DNA from: Bdellovibrionales bacterium | GTDB lineage: Bacteria > Bdellovibrionota > Bdellovibrionia > Bdellovibrionales > JAGQZY01 | Length of the DNA: 64,000 nucleotides | Direction of reading: 5' to 3' | NCBI GenBank assembly: GCA_031426555.1 | Contig: JANPLN010000059.1 | Coordinates: 1 to 64,000, forward strand | Shown here: positions 18,392-28,151 of the stretch, one piece after another | Numbering within the stretch: position 1 is the first letter of the stretch | Layout: every line of letters starts with the position of its first letter | Translations under genes and position numbers: made by a program | The notes under the pieces: generated by a model | What the model was told of the DNA's origin: nothing | Database searches by the model: none | Seen by the model: the letters and a program-made list of their open reading frames with translations, nothing else

Positions 18392-19942
18392 CTATCCGTT
18401 AGTGATAAAAGGTAAGAGATCGTTGTGCTCGTTGCGGTAAATAGAAAAGGCATCGGACATTTTTTTTCCAAATTGATCGATGCCCTCTTTAAATTCTCCA
18501 AATCCATTGCCATCACCAAATTGCATGTATTCAGTTCTTGGCACACCCATTCCGTTCATGATGGATTGTAAAAGTTGTTTGTACGGTCGTCCCACTTCTG
18601 TATACGAAAGTTTTCGCGGTTGCGAGTAATCGACATAGTAGCCAGTTTTAAACGCTCCTCCGCCACGACCAAAAAGAATGGCTGGCATGCAGAGAGTGCT
18701 ATGCCCAGTGGTCCAATTGCCAAGTTCGTTGGTGCACAGAACCGTGCTGTTGTCTAAAAGCGTACCTCCCTGAGGATCGGGGGTTGACTGCAGCACTGTT
18801 GCTAGTTTTAACATCTTTTTAATTCCCCATGCCTGGCGATCAGCAGCGAGATCACTAGAAGCACATTCGTGGTGTAGCCCCCCGGCACTCGAAGTGCTAA
18901 TAGGAAGATCAGACCACACACTGTTTTCCATATGAACTATGCGAGTTAGATCGCATAAAAATGCCATTTTAATCATCTCAATATAGTTATCAAAAAGTAC
19001 ACTGGTACTGACAATTCCCCATTTTGTATCGGAAGGAAACTGGTACGTGTTTCCTTGTTGGTTGACTTCGATCGGAAGGGAGGGAACCGTGCATTTAGGG
19101 CCCAAGCCCGCAATGTTAGCTTGGACTTTCTGTTGAACTTCCTGAAAACCTGTCATGTAGCGATCCAAAAGAATTTTGTCACTTGAAGACAAACGTCGAT
19201 TACCCTCAAGACTTTTGAGGTCTGAGTAGACTCTATCTACAATGAGTTTGGAGTTTGTATTGTTTTGTGTGGCGTTACCTGTGTTGGTAACGATAAAACT
19301 TCCAAAAAGCTGGTTAAACACTGCAAGATCGCCTTTGAGGTTTGTAGAGTTGATGCGGACGCCATTGACGCGATCAAAAGACATTCCCGAACCACCAATA
19401 CGCAACGCTTTTTGTTTTATTATTTCACCAGGTTTATAAACACTCGCGGATTGCTCCATGATGATATCGATGGATTTTCCAAAAATGGGATTTCGGAAAC
19501 CTGAGTGGGAACCACAGAGAACCGACGCATTGTGTCCTTGGTAGTTACCGCCAGTGAGCGAGAGGCCCTTAAATAAATTCATGTGGGGATACATAGAAAC
19601 AAATGAAGAGTCCACGACGCGGGAAATACCCCCGCCGAACGAGCTTAAAGTTTTATACCGCGTAGAATGCTCTCCCGGAACAGTAACGAGGCCTGCGGGA
19701 TCAGTAATTGGAACTAGTTGATGACGATCGATTCCCAAGTAACCGATGTAAACAACACTGCGAACCTTTTTTCTCGCAGCTTGAGCGGCTGCTTCGCGAG
19801 GCATCAGAGATAGAAGTGGTGGTAGAGCTAAAAATGTTGATCCTGCACCGACTAAAAATTGTCGACGTGATACGAGTCTGTCTTGGATATTTTTTTTACT
19901 AAGTTTCATAGCATTAGTATCGGTTTTTTTTACCTTATTCAT
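18392..19942 (-). CDS. DUF1552-family Tat-exported protein
   Basis: SRRQFLVGAG twin-arginine signal, LALPPL, AFLCDLTRI, GTLLDNS, H-rich sites. Confidence 0.8.
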   Translation of the reverse strand: MNKVKKTDTNAMKLSKKNIQDRLVSRRQFLVGAGSTFLALPPLLSLMPREAAAQAARKKVRSVVYIGYLGIDRHQLVPITDPAGLVTVPGEHSTRYKTLSSFGGGISRVVDSSFVSMYPHMNLFKGLSLTGGNYQGHNASVLCGSHSGFRNPIFGKSIDIIMEQSASVYKPGEIIKQKALRIGGSGMSFDRVNGVRINSTNLKGDLAVFNQLFGSFIVTNTGNATQNNTNSKLIVDRVYSDLKSLEGNRRLSSSDKILLDRYMTGFQEVQQKVQANIAGLGPKCTVPSLPIEVNQQGNTYQFPSDTKWGIVSTSVLFDNYIEMIKMAFLCDLTRIVHMENSVWSDLPISTSSAGGLHHECASSDLAADRQAWGIKKMLKLATVLQSTPDPQGGTLLDNSTVLCTNELGNWTTGHSTLCMPAILFGRGGGAFKTGYYVDYSQPRKLSYTEVGRPYKQLLQSIMNGMGVPRTEYMQFGDGNGFGEFKEGIDQFGKKMSDAFSIYRNEHNDLLPFITNG

Positions 19943-20021
19943 TATGAAAAATTAGGATAAGTCTCGATATGGCACTGACCAGAGCTCAAAATGAGACATT
20001 CTGTCTGAGAATAGAAAAAGA

Positions 20022-20678
20022 TTAATCAATGACCAGGTAATTGGCATTTTTAGGCAGTGATTGGATTTGGTCGCGTTTGATGGGGCCAATAAATACAGGA
20101 ACGTGCAAACCGACAAATGTATCCGTAAGTTCTTGCGTGCTGCTCTTAAAAATTTCGGGTCGAAGCCAAATTCCACTCATGTTGATGAGCAAAAAATTTT
20201 CCAAAGCAAAACTTTGCAGAGCCCGAAAGCGAATCAAATAGGCCTGACCGGCACCGAGTGCCAATTGGCCGTCATAGTAACGCACGTCTTTTAAAAACCC
20301 ATCGCTGACGGCAAGAACCAGTATGCGCTTGGTTAATTTATTTTCTTTTAAAAAATCGTAGAGGACTTTTGCAAACGTAGGGCCTTGTGCTTCCGTCAAA
20401 AAAATAAGGTTGCCGTCACCGGGTTTGAATTCGTTCAGCAGGAGGAAAGAGTCTCCTTGCTTAACCTTCAAAACACCTTCGTGGGATACAATGTGAGCCC
20501 ACTTCGCGGGTGGCAGAATCTGCCCCGGCGAGCTGACAAAACTTTGAATCCACGGCGTGGGGTCGAAAGAATTGCTCGAGTTTTGTGCAAGGCTGTAAAA
20601 GATAAACCAGGCAAAAACAGGCGTAATTAACGCAATACTAAAGATAAAAAGGGACTTTCCGTAAAATTTAAAGTTCAT
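20022..20678 (-). CDS. Membrane-anchored hypothetical protein, possibly degenerate glycerophosphodiesterase fold
   Basis: N-terminal TM helix; weak GDPD-like pattern. Confidence 0.5.
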   Translation of the reverse strand: MNFKFYGKSLFIFSIALITPVFAWFIFYSLAQNSSNSFDPTPWIQSFVSSPGQILPPAKWAHIVSHEGVLKVKQGDSFLLLNEFKPGDGNLIFLTEAQGPTFAKVLYDFLKENKLTKRILVLAVSDGFLKDVRYYDGQLALGAGQAYLIRFRALQSFALENFLLINMSGIWLRPEIFKSSTQELTDTFVGLHVPVFIGPIKRDQIQSLPKNANYLVID

Positions 20679-20723
20679 AAAGCATTGATTTTCATGGATA
20701 AGTTACAAACTGGGACGGCTCAC

Positions 20724-20756
20724 TAAATACGACTAAAAAATACCTATTTATTGACC
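20724..20756 (+). promoter_or_regulatory. Putative Rrf2/IscR-type operator abutting a -35-like TTGACC for the suf operon
   Basis: TAAATA-N15-TATTTA dyad containing GACTAAAA, upstream of the Rrf2 gene. Confidence 0.4.
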
Positions 20757-20819
20757 AATTGAAAACTTAATGAAATAACTCCTCTATAAATATGGAACCT
20801 ACTAAAAAGCGAGATCTTT

Positions 20820-21302
20820 GTGAACAAGATTCATAGAAAACTGGAATATGCGCTGATCGCCTTAAAGCACATGAATCAAAAACGCCCGGGTGAGCTCACA
20901 ACAGTCAAAGAAATTTGCCAAAAATATGCAACGCCTTTTGATGCCACAGCCCGAGTGATGCAGCAGATGGTGCAGGGGCAATTTTTAAAATCAGAACAAG
21001 GCGCCTACGGCGGCTATGTGATTCAAAGAGATTTGAGTAAGCTGAGCTTACGTGAAGTGATCAGTTGCGTGGTGGGACCCGTGGAAATCGCCAAATGCAT
21101 GGTCGACCCAGCCACTGAATCTCCCTGCGAAATTCGCGAGACCTGTAACATCATGACACCGATCACGCTACTCAACGAAAAGCTGGTGCGCTTTTACGAG
21201 GAAATCAACATTCTTGAGCTTCTTTCAGCAGAAAAGAAATCGACGGAAAAAAAGACCATTGTGACTAGCACGACTCCAACCTTGGTTGAGGCTGCGCCAT
21301 GA
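20820..21302 (+). CDS. Rrf2-family transcriptional regulator
   Basis: EYALIAL, S.QG..GGY, Cys-x8-Cys-x5-Cys; first gene of the suf operon. Confidence 0.9.
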   Translation: MNKIHRKLEYALIALKHMNQKRPGELTTVKEICQKYATPFDATARVMQQMVQGQFLKSEQGAYGGYVIQRDLSKLSLREVISCVVGPVEIAKCMVDPATESPCEIRETCNIMTPITLLNEKLVRFYEEINILELLSAEKKSTEKKTIVTSTTPTLVEAAP

Positions 21303-22738
21303 GTGGTGATAATCCCGCCTTGGACATCGGCCAGTACAAATACGGTTTTGTCACCGACATCGAAACCGACTCCATTGGCAAAGGCCTTAACGAAGATGTG
21401 ATTCGTTTTATTTCACAAAAAAAACAAGAACCTCAGTGGATGCTCGACGAGCGTTTGAAGGCATTTGATTATTGGAAAACTTTGAGTGTTCCCGACTGGG
21501 CAGAGTTTAAAATGACGCCCATTGATTTTCAGGATATTTCTTATTTTTCTGCGCCTAAAAAGCCCATCGAAAAAAAGAAAAGCCTTGATGAGTTGGATCC
21601 GGAGCTTTTAAAAACCTTTGAGCGCCTTGGAATTCCGCTCTCAGAGCAAAAGCGAATCAGTGGTGTGGCCATCGATGCTGTGTTTGACAGCGTGTCGGTA
21701 GGAACGACTCACAAAGAAGAGCTCGCCAAGCATGGTGTTGTGTTTTGCTCGATCTCCGAAGCTATCAAAACCCACGAAGACATCGTTAAAAAATATTTTG
21801 GCTCCGTGGTGCCCTACAAAGATAACTTTTACGCGGCCCTCAATGCTGCCGTTTTTACAGATGGATCCTTTGTATACATTCCAAAAGGTGTGCGTTGTCC
21901 GCTGGATTTATCCACGTACTTTCGAATCAACGCCGAAGAAACCGGGCAGTTTGAACGAACTTTGATCATTGCCGAAGAGGGCAGTTTTGTGAATTACCTC
22001 GAAGGCTGCACGGCGCCCATGCGCGATTCCAATCAGTTGCACGCGGCGGTTGTGGAGCTTGTGGCCATGGCTGATTCAGAGATCAAATATTCTACGGTGC
22101 AAAATTGGTACACTGGAGACAAGCAAGGGCGCGGAGGTATTTACAACTTTGTTACCAAACGTGGCAAATGTGTTGGGGCGCGTTCGAAAATTTCTTGGAC
22201 GCAGATTGAATCTGGTTCTGCCATTACGTGGAAGTATCCAAGTTGCATTCTGCAAGGCGATGAATCGCAAGGGGCGTTTTATTCCGTGGCGCTCACGCAC
22301 GATTACATGCAGGCCGATACTGGAACAAAAATGATCCACATCGGAAAAAACACCAAGAGCACAATTCTATCTAAAGGAATTGCCACTAATTTTTCGCGCA
22401 ATAATTATCGAGGCTTAGTAAAAATTATGCCAAGCGCCGAAGGTGCCCGAAATTACTCGCAGTGTGACTCTATGTTAGTAGGTGATCGTTCGTCGGCGAA
22501 CACCTATCCGTATTTAGAAGTAAAAAATAACAGTGCGATTTTAGAGCACGAAGCCTCCACCTCGCGAATCAGTGAAGATCAGATCTTTTATTTAAAATCG
22601 CGAGGAATCGAAACCGAAGAAGCAATATCGTTGTTGGTGAATGGCTTTTGTAAAGATGTATTTAAACAGCTGCCACTTGAGTTTTCAGTAGAAGCTGTGA
22701 AGTTGATCGAAATGAAACTCGAAAATAGTGTGGGTTAA
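21299..22738 (+). CDS. sufB: Fe-S cluster assembly protein SufB
   Basis: [34 protein letters not shown]. Confidence 0.97.
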   Translation: MSGDNPALDIGQYKYGFVTDIETDSIGKGLNEDVIRFISQKKQEPQWMLDERLKAFDYWKTLSVPDWAEFKMTPIDFQDISYFSAPKKPIEKKKSLDELDPELLKTFERLGIPLSEQKRISGVAIDAVFDSVSVGTTHKEELAKHGVVFCSISEAIKTHEDIVKKYFGSVVPYKDNFYAALNAAVFTDGSFVYIPKGVRCPLDLSTYFRINAEETGQFERTLIIAEEGSFVNYLEGCTAPMRDSNQLHAAVVELVAMADSEIKYSTVQNWYTGDKQGRGGIYNFVTKRGKCVGARSKISWTQIESGSAITWKYPSCILQGDESQGAFYSVALTHDYMQADTGTKMIHIGKNTKSTILSKGIATNFSRNNYRGLVKIMPSAEGARNYSQCDSMLVGDRSSANTYPYLEVKNNSAILEHEASTSRISEDQIFYLKSRGIETEEAISLLVNGFCKDVFKQLPLEFSVEAVKLIEMKLENSVG

Positions 22739-22740
22739 AG

Positions 22741-23490
22741 ATGTTAGTAATTAAAGATCTTCATGTTGAAGTTGATGGGAAAGAAGTTTTAAAAGGTATT
22801 ACTTTAACGGTGAAGGCCGGAGAAGTGCACGCCATCATGGGGCCCAATGGCTCGGGAAAAAGTACGCTTTCCAAGGTGATCGCTGGCCACCCTGCTTACC
22901 AAGTGACGCAAGGAACTATTGAGTTTGAAGTGAATTTTAAAATGAAAAATTTATTGGAACTGAGTCCCGAGGAAAGAGCGCGCGAGGGAGTATTTCTTGC
23001 TTACCAGTATCCCATCGAAATTCCTGGGGTGAGCAACTTTGATTTTTTAAAAACGGCCTATAACTCCGTGGCCAAACACCAAGGCTTCGCCGCCGCGACC
23101 GATGAAGACTTTGGTCGACTGTTGAAAAAGAAATTGGACATCGTAAAAATGAACGAATCTTTTATGGAACGACCGGTGAATCTGGGATTTTCTGGCGGAG
23201 AAAAAAAGAAGAACGAAATCATTCAGATGGCTGTTTTATCACCGCGCTTGGCGTTTTTGGATGAAACGGACTCAGGGCTCGATATCGATGCACTTAAGGT
23301 TGTTTCCGAAGGCGTCAATCAGTTGCGCACCAAGGAGAACGCCTTTGTTTTAGTCACCCATTATCAGCGTTTGTTAAATTACATCATACCTGATCATGTA
23401 CATGTGCTAGCCGACGGAAAAATTATTAAATCTGGTGGTAAAGAGCTTGCTCAGCAACTCGAAAGCAAAGGTTATGAGGGGTTGATTTAA
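22741..23490 (+). CDS. sufC: Fe-S assembly ATPase SufC
   Basis: GPNGSGKST, FSGGEKK, LDETDSGLDID, VTHYQR. Confidence 0.97.
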   Translation: MLVIKDLHVEVDGKEVLKGITLTVKAGEVHAIMGPNGSGKSTLSKVIAGHPAYQVTQGTIEFEVNFKMKNLLELSPEERAREGVFLAYQYPIEIPGVSNFDFLKTAYNSVAKHQGFAAATDEDFGRLLKKKLDIVKMNESFMERPVNLGFSGGEKKKNEIIQMAVLSPRLAFLDETDSGLDIDALKVVSEGVNQLRTKENAFVLVTHYQRLLNYIIPDHVHVLADGKIIKSGGKELAQQLESKGYEGLI

Positions 23491-24665
23491 TGGACTTGGT
23501 TTCCACGGCGAGCACTCTAAAAAACTTTTTACAGAATCCTCCTGGGAAGTCCCAGGAAGATTGGAAGTACACAGAGTTTAGTTTTTTTAAAAAACAGGAC
23601 TATGTACTTTCAACAGCTTCGGAGAGTAATTCGGCTCAGTACTTTGCCGAAGAGAAGAAAATTGTTATTACGCTTCGCTCGCCTTTTTCGAAAGAGTGGG
23701 TTTTGCAAAACTTGCCCCAAGGCCTGCGGATTACAACAGACGACTTACAAAAAACTCCAGATCTTGGCGGCTATTTTGATAAAATTGATGCCCAACTTCC
23801 GATCACGCGATCCAAACTGGTCTTCGATGAGACGTTTGATTCTTCCTTGCTCGTAGAACTTGTTTTGCATGGTAAAGAGACCATGGCGCCACAACACCAG
23901 TTTGTAAATAAAAGCGTTCAAGTTGTTTTGAAAAAAAGAGCCAACGTTCAGTTGGTAGAGAAAACCTATTTGAATCAAAAGCAGTTTGTAAACATGAGTA
24001 TTCAGTACTTTTTAGAGGAAAACTCAAAACTCGAACTTTTAAAAGTCGAAAAAGGCCAAGCCGACGGGCGGGGTTGCCAGACAAGCTACTTCTCTTTGTC
24101 GCAAAATTCTGAGGTACAGGCGACAACCGCTATTATTGGCGGTGAGTGGTCGCGCCACAACTTGCATGCTCACCTAATGGGAAAAGATGCCAGAGCCCAG
24201 TTTTTATCTGCCAGTGTTCTCAGTAATTCTGAGTATGTGGATCACCATACCTGGATCGACCACAAGGTTGGTAACACCCAAAGTATGCAAAGATACGTCA
24301 ATGTTATAAATGATGAGGCCCATGCCGTTTTTAATGGTCGCGTTTTTATCCATAGAGATGCGCAAAAGTCGTCGGCTGAGCAAAACAATAGGAACCTTTT
24401 ATTGTCGCAAAAAGCGCGCATCGATACCAAGCCCGAATTGGTTATTGAGGCGGATGATGTGAAAGCGAAACACGGTGCCACCGTGGGTCAGCTAAATGCT
24501 GATGAGCTTTTTTATTTGCGCAGCCGAGGTATCAGTAAAGATCAAGCGCAAAGCATGCTGATGAAAGGCTTTGTAAATGATATCGCAGATCGCCTTTCTT
24601 CGAGATTTAAAGGGATCTTCTTGCACGAGATGGCTTCGGCGGTGAAAGCGACTGTATATGAGTAG
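23490..24665 (+). CDS. sufD: Fe-S assembly protein SufD
   Basis: TKPELVIEADDVKAKHGAT, FYLRSRGI. Confidence 0.93.
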   Translation: MDLVSTASTLKNFLQNPPGKSQEDWKYTEFSFFKKQDYVLSTASESNSAQYFAEEKKIVITLRSPFSKEWVLQNLPQGLRITTDDLQKTPDLGGYFDKIDAQLPITRSKLVFDETFDSSLLVELVLHGKETMAPQHQFVNKSVQVVLKKRANVQLVEKTYLNQKQFVNMSIQYFLEENSKLELLKVEKGQADGRGCQTSYFSLSQNSEVQATTAIIGGEWSRHNLHAHLMGKDARAQFLSASVLSNSEYVDHHTWIDHKVGNTQSMQRYVNVINDEAHAVFNGRVFIHRDAQKSSAEQNNRNLLLSQKARIDTKPELVIEADDVKAKHGATVGQLNADELFYLRSRGISKDQAQSMLMKGFVNDIADRLSSRFKGIFLHEMASAVKATVYE

Positions 24666-25884
24666 TTTTGATGTGCGAAGTTTCCGCGCGCAGTTTCCGC
24701 AGCTTCAATCAAAAATTCAAGGACAGGACTTAGTCTATCTGGATAGCGCAGCCACCTCTTTAAAGCCACTGCGAGTGGCGGACCGCCTGCACAAATATTA
24801 TCTTAACGAAGTGGCCAATATTCACCGAGGAGCGCATTTTTTAAGTCGCCAAGGGACAGAAAACTACGAAGCGGTGCGTGCACAAACAAAAAAACTCATT
24901 AACGGGGACCAAGGCGAAGTTGTGTTCACTCGCGGGGTAACGGAGTCCATAAATCTTTTGGCTTACAGTTTTGGTTTTGAGCATCTCGGTTTGGGTGATG
25001 TGATTTTATTAACGCCCTTTGAGCATCATTCCAATATTATTCCGTGGAAAATTTTATCCGAAAATACTGGCTGTCACATTGAGCTTCTTGATTTTGATAG
25101 CAGTGGCAATATCACCGAGGCCGCTTTGAATCGCGCATTTAGTAAAAACGTAAAGCTCGTATCGATGATGCTCTATTCTAATGTGACCGGTGTGCGCTTA
25201 AATGTGGAGCCGGTTTTGCAAAAAGCCCGCTCTATTGGAGCGCTGACCCTGATCGATGCGGCACAAGCAATGCTGCACGAAACAATCGACGTGCAAAAAT
25301 TGGATTGCGATTTTTTAACATTTTCCGCGCACAAGATGTTTGGCCCCTTTGGTGTTGGCGTGCTCTACGGTAAGAGTGAAATTTTTAACGAACTCCCGCC
25401 GTTTCAGGGCGGTGGCAGTATGATCTCTTCGGTATCGTGGACAAAAACCGTTTACCAAGATGCACCTTTCAAATTCGAAGCAGGCACACCAAATATAGCT
25501 GATGTGATTGCCTTTGGTGAGGCCTTATCGATGCTGGAAGAGGCTTCGGTGGAAACCTGGGTTCAGCACGGAAAAAAATTAGGCTTACAGGCGGAGCAAG
25601 CTCTTAAATCCGACCCACGCGTTCAATTGATGGGCCCCACGTATGCGGAATCTCGCAAGACAGATATTATTTCTTTTTCCTACGAGGGAGCTCATCCGAG
25701 TGACGTGGGTGAAATGTTAGACCAAATGGGTATTGCCGTGCGAGCGGGACACCTATGTGCTCAGCCACTCATGGAGTCCATGGGAGTTCCGGGAACGGTG
25801 CGCGTATCACTGGCCCCTTACAATAATGAAAACGATGTGGAAAAGTTTGTGAATGCCATGGAAAAAGTAAAGGGGATATTATGA
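24658..25884 (+). CDS. sufS: Cysteine desulfurase, SufS type
   Basis: YLDSAATS, FSAHKMFGP, FEAGTP, RAGHLCA. Confidence 0.95.
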   Translation: MSSFDVRSFRAQFPQLQSKIQGQDLVYLDSAATSLKPLRVADRLHKYYLNEVANIHRGAHFLSRQGTENYEAVRAQTKKLINGDQGEVVFTRGVTESINLLAYSFGFEHLGLGDVILLTPFEHHSNIIPWKILSENTGCHIELLDFDSSGNITEAALNRAFSKNVKLVSMMLYSNVTGVRLNVEPVLQKARSIGALTLIDAAQAMLHETIDVQKLDCDFLTFSAHKMFGPFGVGVLYGKSEIFNELPPFQGGGSMISSVSWTKTVYQDAPFKFEAGTPNIADVIAFGEALSMLEEASVETWVQHGKKLGLQAEQALKSDPRVQLMGPTYAESRKTDIISFSYEGAHPSDVGEMLDQMGIAVRAGHLCAQPLMESMGVPGTVRVSLAPYNNENDVEKFVNAMEKVKGIL

Positions 25885-26453
25885 TGTTGTCTTACGAAGT
25901 GATGGTCCGTATCATGAGCACGCCAAACCCTAACGCGTATAAATTTATTGTCAATTGCGGTTTGAAAAACTCGGGCAAAGCCACTTTTAATAACGCCGAA
26001 GAGGCTGCAGGAATCACGCTGATCGAAAGCTTATTTACCGCCATGCCCGATGTGCTTCAGGCGCATGTTTTTGAAAATGTGCTAACGGTGACTTTTAATG
26101 ATGGGGCTCCGTTAGATAAGCTCTCCGCCGATGTGGAAGCTATTTTAAAAACTCGCTTGCCCGTGCATGATCCTGATTTTGTGATGCCATCAGAACGAGC
26201 CGCCAAAGCGCAGAAAACCAACCTCTCGCCCGAGATGCAAAAAATCGATGAAATTTTAGATCGCACCATTCGCCCAGGCCTACAAGCCGACGGCGGAGAT
26301 TTGGAAATCCTCGGCTACGAAAACCACGTACTCACTATCAACTATCAAGGAGCCTGCGGCACGTGCCCCAGCTCCATGTATGGGACGCTTGATGCCATCC
26401 AGTCGATTCTGCAAAATGAGTATGATCCTGAGTTGCAAGTGATGATTGGTTAA
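25881..26453 (+). CDS. Nfu/NifU-like Fe-S carrier (Nfu_N plus NifU_C)
   Basis: TPNPNA.KF N-domain; IRPGLQADGGD, GACGTCPSS. Confidence 0.9.
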   Translation: MMLSYEVMVRIMSTPNPNAYKFIVNCGLKNSGKATFNNAEEAAGITLIESLFTAMPDVLQAHVFENVLTVTFNDGAPLDKLSADVEAILKTRLPVHDPDFVMPSERAAKAQKTNLSPEMQKIDEILDRTIRPGLQADGGDLEILGYENHVLTINYQGACGTCPSSMYGTLDAIQSILQNEYDPELQVMIG

Positions 26454-26455
26454 CG

Positions 26456-26894
26456 TTTTTTTACTTTCTTAAATATTTCGTCTCAGAATTTAGAACGTCT
26501 ACTTTGTGAACGCGGACTCGTGTCCTCGCTCGTTTCGCCTTCGGCGATCGCGTCACGCTAACGAGAGGTTCCCAAAGCAGACGTTCTAAATTCTGAGACG
26601 AAATATTTAAGAAAGTAAAAAAAGAATATACGCTTACCTGGCCTGAAATAAAAAGCTCGATGAGGCGGATTTTTTCCAAACACATGTAGCCAACGAAAGA
26701 GTTTTGAAAAATAATCTCCCGAATTGACGCGACCATTCGGTCGCAGCGACAGTAAACTTTGCTCTTTGCCTCACGAAAGAATGGGTTATTCTTTCGTATA
26801 GGATTTAGTGCGGAGTTCTCGGGGCTATTTCCGAGAATTTCTGGTTAAAAGTCTGTGCAATCTAAACTGCAAGTCGGCAACTAGAGCAGTGGTT
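26456..26894. repeat. Structured dispersed element, copy 2: 45-bp perfect inverted repeat plus conserved stem-loop body
   Basis: 26456-26500 is the exact reverse complement of 26579-26623; downstream blocks are colinear with 109-306. Confidence 0.85.
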
Positions 26895-26901
26895 TATTCA
26901 C

Positions 26902-27417
26902 TCAAACTTGTCGAGCCAGTTGCTGGTACGAAGTTTTTTGAAGCGACCCTTCAGAAATATCAAATTTATTCATCAGTTCGCGCACTTTAAGCTCTTCTAT
27001 TTCACGTTGGGCATCCGTGTCCTGATCATAAACAGCCTCAAACTCAAAAAACTGCCCCACTCCATCGACGTCGTCTAAATGAACCCTCACATTTTCGATA
27101 AGGTATATTTCACGATTCTTCTTAACAACTAAATTAACGCCCATTATTTGCGAAAAAAGATTTTTAATATGTTCCGTATTATCGACTTTTAAACGTCCAT
27201 AGTCGCTCTTCTTTGGGCCTTCTTGATTGGGTCGAACGTACGGGATGAGGTATGAACCGTTCAGCGAAGATTCTCGAAGCTTGAAACGTCCATTTGGGAC
27301 GTTGAAGTAAGTATCAATTTGTCTGTCGATTCCAATAAACTTCGCATTAAGGCGGCGACAAACTTCACGAGCTTTTTCTAAATTGGGATAGATGGCTTTA
27401 ATTTCAATGTTTGGCAT
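26902..27417 (-). CDS. CYTH-domain protein (class IV adenylate cyclase-like)
   Basis: NIEIKA, QIDTYF, KLRE, HLDDV.G.GQFFEFEA. Confidence 0.88.
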   Translation of the reverse strand: MPNIEIKAIYPNLEKAREVCRRLNAKFIGIDRQIDTYFNVPNGRFKLRESSLNGSYLIPYVRPNQEGPKKSDYGRLKVDNTEHIKNLFSQIMGVNLVVKKNREIYLIENVRVHLDDVDGVGQFFEFEAVYDQDTDAQREIEELKVRELMNKFDISEGSLQKTSYQQLARQV

Positions 27418-27620
27418 CTGAGTAACATCAGAGAAACCGCAACAAATGTAAAGACGCGGACTAAAAAATAAGGTTTGCGGCGCAGAAAGTGCCCGCAAAA
27501 GCTCTAAAGACCTAGCCAGTCTACAAAAGAATCCCCCAACCCAAGACCTCGCCCCTCTACTCAACAAGTACCATTTAACCGGCTCTTCGACTGCTGCTTC
27601 GGTATTTAAACTATAAAATA

Positions 27621-28151
27621 CTATTTAACTATTTTTTGGATGTGGCGGGACTTCATGTGGGCGCGGATGATTTCTTGTTTTTCTAGATCTTCAATGGAGG
27701 GATCTAGATTGAAGACTGTGGAGGCGCCGAAAGCGTCCTCTTCGTTGTTTTCCGCAGCTCGCAAGACGAGATGTGGATTTTTTAACGGCCAGTCGACTTC
27801 GACGGTGATTTCACGGTTGTGAACGATTTGTGAATCTGCGGGTTGCTGGATTGTTTCTGAAACGACCCCGTTAATAGCGCGCACACCTTTTGGTAATTTC
27901 CAATTGAGATTAAATTCTGGCAGGGTTGAGCGCACTTGTGCGGTGAGCGTAACTTGATTTCCTGACTGCTCTTTAAACTCAATGCGAACTTGCACCGGGC
28001 CTACGGCTTTGCCCCAGAGACGGGTTTCTTCGTTGAACAGATGTGCAAATTTATTGTCATTGATGGCCGTGGAATGTTTTTGCCAAACAAATACTGCCGC
28101 GACAATGAGAGCTATGGATGTGAGCGATAGTGCGATTTTTAATTTGGACAT
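27621..28151 (-). CDS. Membrane-anchored hypothetical protein
   Basis: N-terminal hydrophobic helix; overlaps the upstream lipoprotein gene by 13 bp. Confidence 0.65.
   Translation of the reverse strand: MSKLKIALSLTSIALIVAAVFVWQKHSTAINDNKFAHLFNEETRLWGKAVGPVQVRIEFKEQSGNQVTLTAQVRSTLPEFNLNWKLPKGVRAINGVVSETIQQPADSQIVHNREITVEVDWPLKNPHLVLRAAENNEEDAFGASTVFNLDPSIEDLEKQEIIRAHMKSRHIQKIVK

Noticed and set aside
26456..26623. Integron attC site or simple bidirectional terminator
   Set aside because: No RYYYAAC/GTTRRRY ends, extrahelical bases or intI. It may terminate transcription, but that does not explain the 45-bp stem and the conserved downstream body.
26461..26736. 91-aa ORF across the long hairpin (also 26808..26990)
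   Set aside because: The frame is not conserved in copy 1, there is no RBS, and it is explained by the repeat element.
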